IMG/VR virus record: IMGVR_UViG_640753059_000001
DNA from: a virus
Taxonomy: Duplodnaviria; Caudoviricetes
Direction: 5' to 3' (one strand)
DNA length: 64,000 nt
Below, one piece after another: positions 48,671 through 56,932 of the stretch. The notes beneath the pieces are model-generated. The model did not search any database. It worked only from the letters and a program-made list of their open reading frames with translations, and was not told the origin of the DNA. Every line of letters begins with the position of its first letter. The stretch's first letter is position 1. A program made the position numbers and the translations under genes.

Positions 48671-49034
48671 CATCGGTGCCGCGCTGGCTCTCCTGCAGTG
48701 CGCCTTCCCTGCTGCCCCGATGGACGCTGTCACGGCCAAGGCGAACGTTCGGGCATATGCACTGGCACTCGAGGGCATTCCTGCGTTTGCCTTGGACGAA
48801 GCGGCTCGGCGGATTCTGAGGGGCGAGGCTGGGCTGAAGCACGCCTTCATGCCGACCCCGCCGCAATTGCGGGATATCGCCAATGAGGCTTCCCGTCCGG
48901 CGCGCTGGCACGCGGTGCAACTGCGGCGGCTCCTTGATGCAGAGGTAGAGCGAGAGATCTCCGAGGAGGAGCGCGCCAGGGTGGCGGAACGGTTCCGCGC
49001 GATCGTCTGGCCGGAAGCGGAGGAGCGCCGGTGA
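48438..49034 (+). CDS. Replication P-like helicase loader (putative)
   Basis: 'Y..AL.G.P.FA...A...FMPTPPQLR'; follows initiator. Confidence 0.6.
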   Translation: MSQELIQHREDQSRQRLRALLDPLTASPPWLIGCVKALGEGLRPKIPKAFALTTEQRATVMEMSSRLAQHLAPASPADIGAALALLQCAFPAAPMDAVTAKANVRAYALALEGIPAFALDEAARRILRGEAGLKHAFMPTPPQLRDIANEASRPARWHAVQLRRLLDAEVEREISEEERARVAERFRAIVWPEAEERR

Positions 49035-49321
49035 CTGGCAGCATTTTCGAGCGCTTCGGCTGGCACGTCGACGCTGATGGGATCATCCGCCACGACGATC
49101 GGCCGTGCTCCTGGGAGCGCGGTGACGAACTGGCCGGCCGGCACCTGGATCGGAGGCGGTCCTATGCCGTCATCGAGGGAGCAATCTGCGAACTCGCATC
49201 TTGGTCGTATGCCTGCAGCGGTTGCTACGAGGGAATGTACGGCCACACCGAGCGTGGATGCGGCTGTTCCGAATGCGGGTTCACCGGCCGGCGGCGCAAC
49301 CGCGAGTTCGTGCCGGTCTGA
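49031..49321 (+). CDS. Zn-finger hypothetical protein
   Basis: CSGC...GCSECG. Confidence 0.55.
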   Translation: MTGSIFERFGWHVDADGIIRHDDRPCSWERGDELAGRHLDRRRSYAVIEGAICELASWSYACSGCYEGMYGHTERGCGCSECGFTGRRRNREFVPV

Positions 49322-49386
49322 ACCACCACGCGCCGAGGCCAGCGACACCCCGGCGGCATCCACACCACACGACCAATGGGGCTCCA

Positions 49387-50043
49387 ATGGCAGGGCGTAA
49401 GCGTAAGGCAGGGCGGCGGACGGCGGACGGTCGGTTAGCGAAGAAGCCGCGCCCGCAGCGCGTCAGGGACATCACCGACGTGGCAACCAGCCAGCCGCAC
49501 CGCAGCTGGCTCAAGGAAGGCCAGCGCCGCGATCAGCGCGCCGAGAGCACCCTTGGCAGGATGTTCCTCGCCGACCTGATCACGGAGCCCGAGTGCTGGG
49601 CGGGTGAGCGGCTCCGCTCCATCATCCGGGAATTCCATGTCGTGATCGCCGCACCGATCACAGCGTCAACGGCGGCAATCATGGTCGCCGAGGGGATGGA
49701 GATCCCGGCCGAGGCCGACCACCTGGCGGCGGAGCGCCCGGAAACCGAGGAAGAGAAACGGGATCGGGTTCTCGCGCAGCACGCTGGCGCCATGGCGGTC
49801 CTCGATCGGCTCGAATGGGGGCGGCAAATCACCAGTGAACTGGACGCCCTGCTTATGCGGGACGCCGAGCCCGAGCACCTCCGCCTGGTGAAGGCGGGCC
49901 TGCACGCCCTCGCCGCCTTCTGGCGCATGGCCGAGCCTCCGGAAAACCCCAACGATCGCGAGGTCAAGGTGAAGGGGGTCCGCTATGGCGAGGAGGCCGA
50001 ATGGCCTCACGAAGAGAAGGTGGTGAGCATCGTCTATAAGTAA
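49387..50043 (+). CDS. Putative late-gene activator/antiterminator (Q position)
   Basis: Last early gene before terminase; basic N-terminus, 'LGRM.L...IT....AG', 'GL..LA.FW'. Confidence 0.55.
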   Translation: MAGRKRKAGRRTADGRLAKKPRPQRVRDITDVATSQPHRSWLKEGQRRDQRAESTLGRMFLADLITEPECWAGERLRSIIREFHVVIAAPITASTAAIMVAEGMEIPAEADHLAAERPETEEEKRDRVLAQHAGAMAVLDRLEWGRQITSELDALLMRDAEPEHLRLVKAGLHALAAFWRMAEPPENPNDREVKVKGVRYGEEAEWPHEEKVVSIVYK

Positions 50044-50135
50044 AATTTCGGCTCCCTGCGCCATAGGCGCAAATCAGCCATGGTGTGCCCGAAATGCAGG
50101 GTGAAGTGTTGCGCCCTGATTTGGCATAGCAGTTT

Positions 50136-50950
50136 ACGGCTCCGGCCCCTTCGGGCAAGTCGTTCCAAGTCCTACCGGCCGGATACGTCGGACTTGGTAG
50201 AAGCGGGGATCGGTCACAAACGCGTAGCTTGCCGGGGGCGAACAGAAGCCCCGTAGAAATTCCCGGCACCCATTCGCGCTTCGGCGCGCAACCAGGTGCG
50301 GACCGACCAGCAGGCCTCCGGGCGCAAAGGCGGCGAGCACGGCGCTAAAGGCAAGCATCTGGCCCGCGCCGGCTGAGAGGCCGGCAACTGTGATCCCTGA
50401 GCGAAAGCTCGTGTTGAAGCAAGGCGCGCGATAGTGCCGAGTGGAGCGGGTGAGTAGGTGGCGCGGCACGGCCCCGCGATGGACCGCCGGGAAGCTACGG
50501 CGACAGGGTGAGGACGGCGCAAGCCGGTGGCCCAGGCCTTTGCCTCTCCCAAGTTTCGCGCTTCGGCGCGCACGAGTTCGACGCGGCAGCTTGTTGCTGT
50601 GAAGGTTGGGGCGGCCCGGCCGTCCCGCGTCGATCAGCTTCGAGAGGGCAAGCCAGCTCGCGCCTTGTGTGCCCCGGTAGGAAACGGCTTCCGTTCGAAG
50701 GGGAAAGCAACGATTGCCCAGCGGTGCGTAGGCGTTCGGCAAGCCGGCGCTTTGGCATTCGCTCTAGGGACCGCACAACGCGGGGATGGCGCCCCGCCCG
50801 CAGGGCGGCTGGGGTCGCGCCCGGCCTCTCACGAAAGCAACTCTCCGCCACGGCAGGCTTGAAGTCCGTGGCACGTCCACTGCCGCGGGGCTAGCCTCCG
50901 GGGCCCGTGTTCATCATCCGCCCGCCCGGTTCTGCCGAGGCGGGTTTTTC
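50136..50950 (+). ncRNA. Candidate large structured ncRNA or ncRNA array
   Basis: No credible ORF; dense stems with GNRA and UUCG tetraloops, long-range closing helices, 3' terminator. Confidence 0.7.
50921..50950 (+). terminator. Intrinsic terminator upstream of terS
   Basis: CCCGCC-CGGT-tct-GCCG-A-GGCGGG-TTTTT. Confidence 0.8.
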
Positions 50951-50987
50951 ATTGGGCGAGTGAGCCCTTATTGAGGCGGGCTCAGGC

Positions 50988-51605
50988 GTGACCGAGAAGC
51001 GAAAGACGGATTGGGAGGCGATCGAGCGCGAATACCGCGCGGGCCAGCATTCCATCCGCGAAATTGCCAAGAAACACGGCGTCAGCGATACCGCCATTCG
51101 CAAGGAGGCCAAGGCCAAGGGCTGGGAACGGGCCCTTGCCGATCAGGTCCGCAAGGCAGTTCGCGAGAAGCTGGTTCGCAGTGATGGTTCGCAGTCAGGT
51201 TCGCACCCTCAACGTGCGAACGACCGGGAGATCATCGAAGGGGCTTCGCTCCTCGGTTTCGAGGTCGTCCAGTCGCACCGGCGCGATATCTCGCAGCTCA
51301 CCGCCATCTCCAACATCCTCGCCACGAGGCTCGCAGCGGTCCTGAACAGCGACCCTGTGGAAGGCCGTTGCCTTGGTGACAAGGAAAGCCCCGGCGACCT
51401 TCTGGAGAAGCTGACGCGGGTTCGTGCGCGGCTGATCCCCCTGGAGCGGCAGGCCTACAACCTTGACGCCGAGGAGCGCGACCCCAGCGACCCTGATAGC
51501 CATGACGGTTCCGCAATCGACCTTCTCGCTCGCCGCCTCGATCGCATCGCTTCCCGTAGCGGAGAGGGCCCGGGTTCTGGCGGGACTGACGAAGAAGCAG
51601 GCTGA
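50988..51605 (+). CDS. terS: Terminase small subunit
   Basis: 'DWEAIEREYRAG..SIREIAKKHGVSDTAIRK.A...GW.R'. Confidence 0.8.
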   Translation: MTEKRKTDWEAIEREYRAGQHSIREIAKKHGVSDTAIRKEAKAKGWERALADQVRKAVREKLVRSDGSQSGSHPQRANDREIIEGASLLGFEVVQSHRRDISQLTAISNILATRLAAVLNSDPVEGRCLGDKESPGDLLEKLTRVRARLIPLERQAYNLDAEERDPSDPDSHDGSAIDLLARRLDRIASRSGEGPGSGGTDEEAG

Positions 51606-52842
51606 ACAGCTCCTTTGGGACTGGAAGTTCTGGGCACGGCCCAATCAGCTGCCGCCGCCAGGGGACTGGCTCACGTGGCTCATCCTCGCTGGGCGGGGAT
51701 ATGGCAAGACCCGCACTGGGGCCGAGTGGGTTCGCTCCGTCGTTTGCGGGGCAACACCGCTATCGCGGGGCATCCTGGGGCGGATTGCCCTTGTGGCCGA
51801 GACCGCTGCCGATGCCCGCGACGTGATGGTCGAAGGCGAGAGCGGCATTCTCTCGGTGCATCCGAAAGCCTTCAGGCCGCTCTATGAGCCGTCGAAGCGG
51901 CGTCTGACTTGGCCGAATGGCGCCGTGGCGACGCTCTACAATGCGGTTGAGCCTGATCAGCTTCGTGGGCCGCAGCACGATGGCGCCTGGTGCGACGAGC
52001 TTGCGAAATGGCGTTACGCGGGCGAGACGTGGGATCAGCTGCAGTTCGGTCTGCGCCTCGGCGACAAGCCCCGCCAAGTGGTGACGACGACGCCCCGGCC
52101 GATCCCGGTGCTGAAGCAGATCATCGCGGCTGGAACGAGCCGGGTCACGCGCGGATCGACCCATGAAAACCGGGCGAACCTCGCCTCCACCTTCCTCGCG
52201 GAAGTGGTGAAAAAATACGAGGGCACCAGACTCGGAAGGCAGGAACTGAACGCCGAGATCCTCGACGATGTGCCTGGCGCGCTTTGGACGCGGGACATGC
52301 TGGATATGTCGAGGGTCGGGTTTCCTCCCGATCTGGTCCGGGTCGTCGTCGCCGTTGACCCATCTGGCACCAAGGGCGCCGAGGACGACGGCGACGCCAT
52401 CGGAATCGTCGCCGCTGGCTGCGGGGTGGATGGACGGGCCTACTTGCTTGAAGACGCGAGTTGCAAGCTGCCGCCTGCCGGCTGGGGCCGCCGAGCCATC
52501 GAAGTTTTCAAGAGATGGGACGCCGATCGTCTGATCGCCGAGCGCAATTTCGGCGGCGCCATGGTGGAGCACGTCATCAGGTCCATCGACCCCGACGTCT
52601 CGTTTCGAGAAGTGACCGCGAGCCGCGGGAAGGTGGCGCGCGCGGAGCCGATCGCCGCTCTTTACGAGCAGAAGAAGGTGTCCCACGTCGGGTCGTTCCC
52701 TGATCTGGAAGACCAGATGTGCTCGTTCACCCCGAGTGGATACATCGGCGCGGGTTCGCCGGATCGAGCTGATGCGGCGGTGTGGGCGCTCACCGAATTG
52801 ATGCTCGGGCCGTCCCCCTTCACCTGGTTCGTCGGAAACTGA
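51502..52842 (+). CDS. terL: Terminase large subunit
   Basis: Walker A 'AGRGYGKT', Walker B 'AWCDE', 'TTTP', nuclease 'AVDP...PDRADA'; start uncertain. Confidence 0.95.
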   Translation: MTVPQSTFSLAASIASLPVAERARVLAGLTKKQAEQLLWDWKFWARPNQLPPPGDWLTWLILAGRGYGKTRTGAEWVRSVVCGATPLSRGILGRIALVAETAADARDVMVEGESGILSVHPKAFRPLYEPSKRRLTWPNGAVATLYNAVEPDQLRGPQHDGAWCDELAKWRYAGETWDQLQFGLRLGDKPRQVVTTTPRPIPVLKQIIAAGTSRVTRGSTHENRANLASTFLAEVVKKYEGTRLGRQELNAEILDDVPGALWTRDMLDMSRVGFPPDLVRVVVAVDPSGTKGAEDDGDAIGIVAAGCGVDGRAYLLEDASCKLPPAGWGRRAIEVFKRWDADRLIAERNFGGAMVEHVIRSIDPDVSFREVTASRGKVARAEPIAALYEQKKVSHVGSFPDLEDQMCSFTPSGYIGAGSPDRADAAVWALTELMLGPSPFTWFVGN

Positions 52843-52853
52843 AGGGCCACTAC

Positions 52854-54287
52854 ATGGCATCCTGGTGGCCCTTCGGCCGGCGTTCGCAAACCAAGGCGAG
52901 CGCCGCCGGCTCGGTGATTTCGGCGTGGAATGTCGGCCAGCCCGTCTGGACTGATCGCCGCTACGACCGGATCGCCGATGAGGCCTATGTCAGGAACGCG
53001 GTCGCGCACCGCTGCGTGAAGATGATCGCCTCCGCCGCCGCGACGATCCCCTGGCTCCTGGCGGACACCAAGGGGCGGGAGGTGGAGGAAAGCCCCCTTC
53101 TCGACCTGCTCAGGCGCCCGGCGCCCGGCATCGGCGGGCATTCGCTGTTCGAGGCGTTCTACGCCTACCTGCTGCTCGCCGGGAACACCTACCTCGAGGC
53201 GGTCGCTCCCGCCGACGGCAAACCGCCGCGCGAGCTTTGGACGCTCCGCCCTGATCGGACACGGGTGATCCCCGGCGCCTATGGCCGCCCGGAGGCCTAC
53301 GAATACGAGGCCAACGGCCAGAAGATGACGTGGCAGGTGGACCCGCTGACCGGAGAGGGCCCGATCCTGCATCTGAAGGAGTTCCACCCGATCAACGACT
53401 GGTATGGCCTGTCGCGGGTGGACCCGGCCGCCTATGCGGTGGACCGCCATAACGCCGCGAGCGCCCACAACATGGCGCTCCTGCAGAACGGCGCCCGGCC
53501 GAGCGGTGCGCTGATCTTCAAGCCGGTGGTGGTGAACGGCTCGGCACAGTCCGCGCCCAAGGAGGCGGTGGAGGCGGCCGAGGCGAGGCTGAAGGAGCGA
53601 CATGGCGGCTTCGAGAACGCCGGCCGGCCCATGGTGCTGGGCGGGAACGTAGACTGGCAGGAAATGGGGATCACGCCCAAGGACATGGACTTCGGCGCCG
53701 GCAAGGACGATGCGGCGCGGGACATCTGCACCGCCTTTGGGGTGCCCCACATCCTGATCGTGCCGGGGGCGAGCACCTACAACAACGTCCGCGAGGCAAC
53801 TTTGGGCCTCTACGAGGACACGGTCCTGCCCCTGGTGGACAAGGCCGTGGACGCGCTCGATGCCTGGCTCACCCCGCGGTTCGACGACCGCCTGCGTCTC
53901 GGCGTGGACCTCGACGAGGTGCCGGCGCTGGAGCCTCGGCGAGAGTCGAAGCGGAAGGCGACAATCGAACTGTTTGAGAAGCGCCTCATCACCCGCGACG
54001 AGGCGCGGGACGCGCTGCAATACGAGCCGCTCCCAGACGCCACGCAGTTCGACCCCGACGCGCAAGTGCTCTCTGCCCTCGTTGACGCCTACACGAAGGA
54101 CGCGCTGCCGATCGAGATGCTCTGGCGCTATGCCAGATCCATCGGCCTGAGCGTCCAGACGGACGAGGAGCTTCTCGCCGCCCTCACGGCTGAGCGCGAT
54201 CTGCGCGCCGCCGAGGAAGCCGGCGCGTCCTTGGGCGACACCGGGCAACCGGCGGCCGATACCCAGGCCGATCCGGCCGCTCCCTGA
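52854..54287 (+). CDS. HK97-type portal protein
   Basis: 'YVRNAVAHRCV...NGARPSG...ICTAFGVP'. Confidence 0.9.
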   Translation: MASWWPFGRRSQTKASAAGSVISAWNVGQPVWTDRRYDRIADEAYVRNAVAHRCVKMIASAAATIPWLLADTKGREVEESPLLDLLRRPAPGIGGHSLFEAFYAYLLLAGNTYLEAVAPADGKPPRELWTLRPDRTRVIPGAYGRPEAYEYEANGQKMTWQVDPLTGEGPILHLKEFHPINDWYGLSRVDPAAYAVDRHNAASAHNMALLQNGARPSGALIFKPVVVNGSAQSAPKEAVEAAEARLKERHGGFENAGRPMVLGGNVDWQEMGITPKDMDFGAGKDDAARDICTAFGVPHILIVPGASTYNNVREATLGLYEDTVLPLVDKAVDALDAWLTPRFDDRLRLGVDLDEVPALEPRRESKRKATIELFEKRLITRDEARDALQYEPLPDATQFDPDAQVLSALVDAYTKDALPIEMLWRYARSIGLSVQTDEELLAALTAERDLRAAEEAGASLGDTGQPAADTQADPAAP

Positions 54288-56158
54288 TGGCGAAGCCGAC
54301 CAAGAAGTACCTGCTCGAGCTGGTGGCGCAGCACGGGCCCGAGATCGCAAAGGCGTTCAAGGCATCCATCACGTCGATCAAGGGCTCGGCGCAGGTCGGC
54401 GCCCTGACCACGATGTTGGAGAAGGGAGACATCAACGGCGCCCTGCTGGCCATCGGTCTCGATCCGGCGGCGTTCCGGAAGCTGGACCAGTCGATTTCCG
54501 ATGCCTTTGAGGATGGGGGTGGGAAGACGGCCCAGACCATCCCGCCGGTGAAAACCCCGGACGGGCTGCGCATGGTGGTGCAGTTCAATGCCCGGAACGA
54601 CCGCGCCGAGCAGTGGCTGAAGGACCAATCCTCGACGTTGATCCGCGAGATCATTGAAGACCAGCGGCAGGTGATCCGGGCCGTTCTCGCCGACGGCATG
54701 GCCCGCGGGCTTAACCCGCGCGACGTTGCCCTGGACCTGGTCGGGCGTCTCGACCCCGTGACGAGGACGCGCCAGGGCGGCGTGATCGGGCTGACCTCAC
54801 AGCAACTGGATTATGTCCAGCGCTACCGGTCCGAACTGCTTTCCGGAGATCCGGCCCAGCTTCGCAAAGCGCTGGCGCGGGTGCGGCGCGACCGCAAGTT
54901 CGACGGTGCGATCCGCAAGGCCATCGCCGCCGGCAAGCCGATCGACGCCGCCGCGGCGGAGAAGATGGTCGGCCGATATTCCGACCGGCTGCTGCTCCTG
55001 CGCGGCGAGACCATCGGCCGGACCGAGGCAATGACGGCCCTGCACCAGTCGCAGGAGGAGGCATACCAGCAGGCGATCGACAAGGGAGCCCTGCAGAGCA
55101 ACCACGTCCGCTATTTCTGGCGAACGGCGGCGGACGAGCGGGTGCGCCACTCGCACGCGATGATCCCCGGCATGAACGAGAAGGGGGCACCGCACGGCAC
55201 GCCGTTCTCGTCCCCGCTGGGCCCGATCCGCTTTCCCGGCGATCCCAACGCCTCTGCGGCCAACAGGATCGGATGCCGCTGCTGGCGCGAGGCAAAGGTT
55301 GACTTCCTCGCCCAGGCCGTGGAGGCAGAGCAGAAGCCGAAGCCAGCACCTAAGCCGAAGGCGCCGCCCAAACCGAAGAAGCCGCTGCCACCGGAACCGG
55401 TCCTGCTGCCTCAGCGCTATGGCCCGGACGGGGCGGCGTGGCCCCGTGTGCCGTCGGAACTTGCAGATCGCGTCGCTGATGAACTGCTCACTCCGACCCA
55501 TCCGGCTTGGCGCAAGGAGATCGAGACCATCCTCAAGAGTGCGCCCGCGCCGTACAAGCGGCTTTCGATTGGGCAGGCTGGGCTCATCAACTGGTACACC
55601 GGCAGTGGCTACCGCCGGCTGAACAAGGATCTGCGGGAAGGGACGGGGAATTGGCTCACCCCGATGATCTCCGATGCGCTGAATGGCGCGCTGGACGCCG
55701 TCACCCGGAAGGCAACCGGCCTCGTGACCAGAGGTCTCAACGTCTACAGCGATGCCGAAATCACGTCGACCTATGCTGTCGGCGCCGCTGTCGAGTTCCC
55801 GGCCTTCACGTCGACGGGCCGAGGGTTTTCCTTCGGTGGCAATGTCCGGATGATCATCGATGGATCGTCCGGCGTGGACGTGAAGCCCCTGTCTCGCTTT
55901 CGTAATGAGAACGAGGTGTTGTTCAAGGCGGGCACGCGGTTTATCGTGACCGGCATGGCAAAGCGCGGGAACGTCTACGAGATCACGCTCAAGGAGGTCG
56001 CGGACGACAAAAAGTCCGACGATCGCGTCATGCTGGGCGGAGGGTTCTCGGACGAGGCGAAGCGGATCTTCGATCAGTGGCGTGAGCCGCAATCGGACGC
56101 GGAACACCGACTGGCGGACAAGATGCAGTCTGGTGGCGCCGGGCGGCGCATTCGCTGA
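54287..56158 (+). CDS. MuF/SPP1-gp7 minor head protein fused to ADP-ribosyltransferase toxin domain
   Basis: 'IGRTE...WRTAADERVRHSH...GCRC', Pro/Lys linker, then 'YTG..Y..LN..LR...RG...FTST...ENEVLF'. Confidence 0.85.
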   Translation: MAKPTKKYLLELVAQHGPEIAKAFKASITSIKGSAQVGALTTMLEKGDINGALLAIGLDPAAFRKLDQSISDAFEDGGGKTAQTIPPVKTPDGLRMVVQFNARNDRAEQWLKDQSSTLIREIIEDQRQVIRAVLADGMARGLNPRDVALDLVGRLDPVTRTRQGGVIGLTSQQLDYVQRYRSELLSGDPAQLRKALARVRRDRKFDGAIRKAIAAGKPIDAAAAEKMVGRYSDRLLLLRGETIGRTEAMTALHQSQEEAYQQAIDKGALQSNHVRYFWRTAADERVRHSHAMIPGMNEKGAPHGTPFSSPLGPIRFPGDPNASAANRIGCRCWREAKVDFLAQAVEAEQKPKPAPKPKAPPKPKKPLPPEPVLLPQRYGPDGAAWPRVPSELADRVADELLTPTHPAWRKEIETILKSAPAPYKRLSIGQAGLINWYTGSGYRRLNKDLREGTGNWLTPMISDALNGALDAVTRKATGLVTRGLNVYSDAEITSTYAVGAAVEFPAFTSTGRGFSFGGNVRMIIDGSSGVDVKPLSRFRNENEVLFKAGTRFIVTGMAKRGNVYEITLKEVADDKKSDDRVMLGGGFSDEAKRIFDQWREPQSDAEHRLADKMQSGGAGRRIR

Positions 56159-56182
56159 CTGGACCGGAAATCGCTGAGAAAT

Positions 56183-56205
56183 GGCCCGCTTCGGCGGGCT
56201 TTTTC
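56183..56205 (+). terminator. Intrinsic terminator
   Basis: GGCCCGC-TTCG-GCGGGCT-TTTT. Confidence 0.85.
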
Positions 56206-56220
56206 ATTGGGGAGGCGGGT

Positions 56221-56700
56221 GTGGCTGACCAGAACCTCAGCTTCGCAGCCCAGGTCGATGCTTGGGCGAAAAAGGTGAAGACGCGTCAGGTTGCAGTCTT
56301 CCGCGAGAGCGCGCAACGGGTGATCGGCGACATGCAGACGCCGGAGGGCGCGGGTGGCCGGATGCCGGTCGACACGGGCTTCATGCGCGCCAGCCTTCAG
56401 GCGACGCTCGGCACCCCAGCATCGGGCACTCTGAAGCCCCCACTTGAGGGCGCCGTCCAGGCCTTCGATGCCGGGCAGGTTGCCCTGGTGATCGCGGGTG
56501 CTGAACTGGGCGATACGATCTATGCGACCTACGGCGCCGCCTATGCCCGCCGGTTGGAATATGGCTTCGTTGGGCAGGACAGCCTCGGGCGGACCTACAA
56601 TCAGGCCGGGAAAGCCTTCGTGCGCTCGGCGGCCCAGAAGTGGGGGCAGATCGTCGGCGAGGTGACCGGCGAGCTCAAGGCCCGCCTCGGTCAGTCCTGA
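56221..56700 (+). CDS. HK97 gp10-like neck/tail-completion protein
   Basis: 'PVDTGFMRAS...YARRLEYG'. Confidence 0.75.
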   Translation: MADQNLSFAAQVDAWAKKVKTRQVAVFRESAQRVIGDMQTPEGAGGRMPVDTGFMRASLQATLGTPASGTLKPPLEGAVQAFDAGQVALVIAGAELGDTIYATYGAAYARRLEYGFVGQDSLGRTYNQAGKAFVRSAAQKWGQIVGEVTGELKARLGQS

Positions 56701-56903
56701 TTTCGCACGCCGTCCAGTTTGTCGGTGCTCTCTTCCATCGCCTTGACGAGGCTGAGCTGGAGCATCACGAGCGCTCGCCGCGCCGTCGCGATGGCGGTGT
56801 TTCCGCGCGTGGTCTCCCCCGGAGCGTCCCCGAGGGCTTCAGCAGCGGCGACCAGACGGTCGTGAACCTCGGTGTCGCTGAGGGGGCGGTGTTTTCGTGC
56901 CAT
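56691..56903 (-). CDS. Small antisense-oriented hypothetical protein
   Basis: Fills gap between two plus-strand genes; helical protein-like composition. Confidence 0.5.
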   Translation of the reverse strand: MARKHRPLSDTEVHDRLVAAAEALGDAPGETTRGNTAIATARRALVMLQLSLVKAMEESTDKLDGVRNQD

Positions 56904-56932
56904 CGGCCCAGACCATAGCGGAGATCGCAGCC

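Noticed and set aside
50136-50950. tRNA, tmRNA or hammerhead ribozyme
   Set aside because: No cloverleaf with canonical T-loop and no CUGANGA...GAAA core found by eye
50134-50974. ORF-track proteins in the 50.1-50.95 kb gap
   Set aside because: Mutually overlapping R/A/P-rich frames with no RBS or recognisable motif; typical GC-rich spurious ORFs
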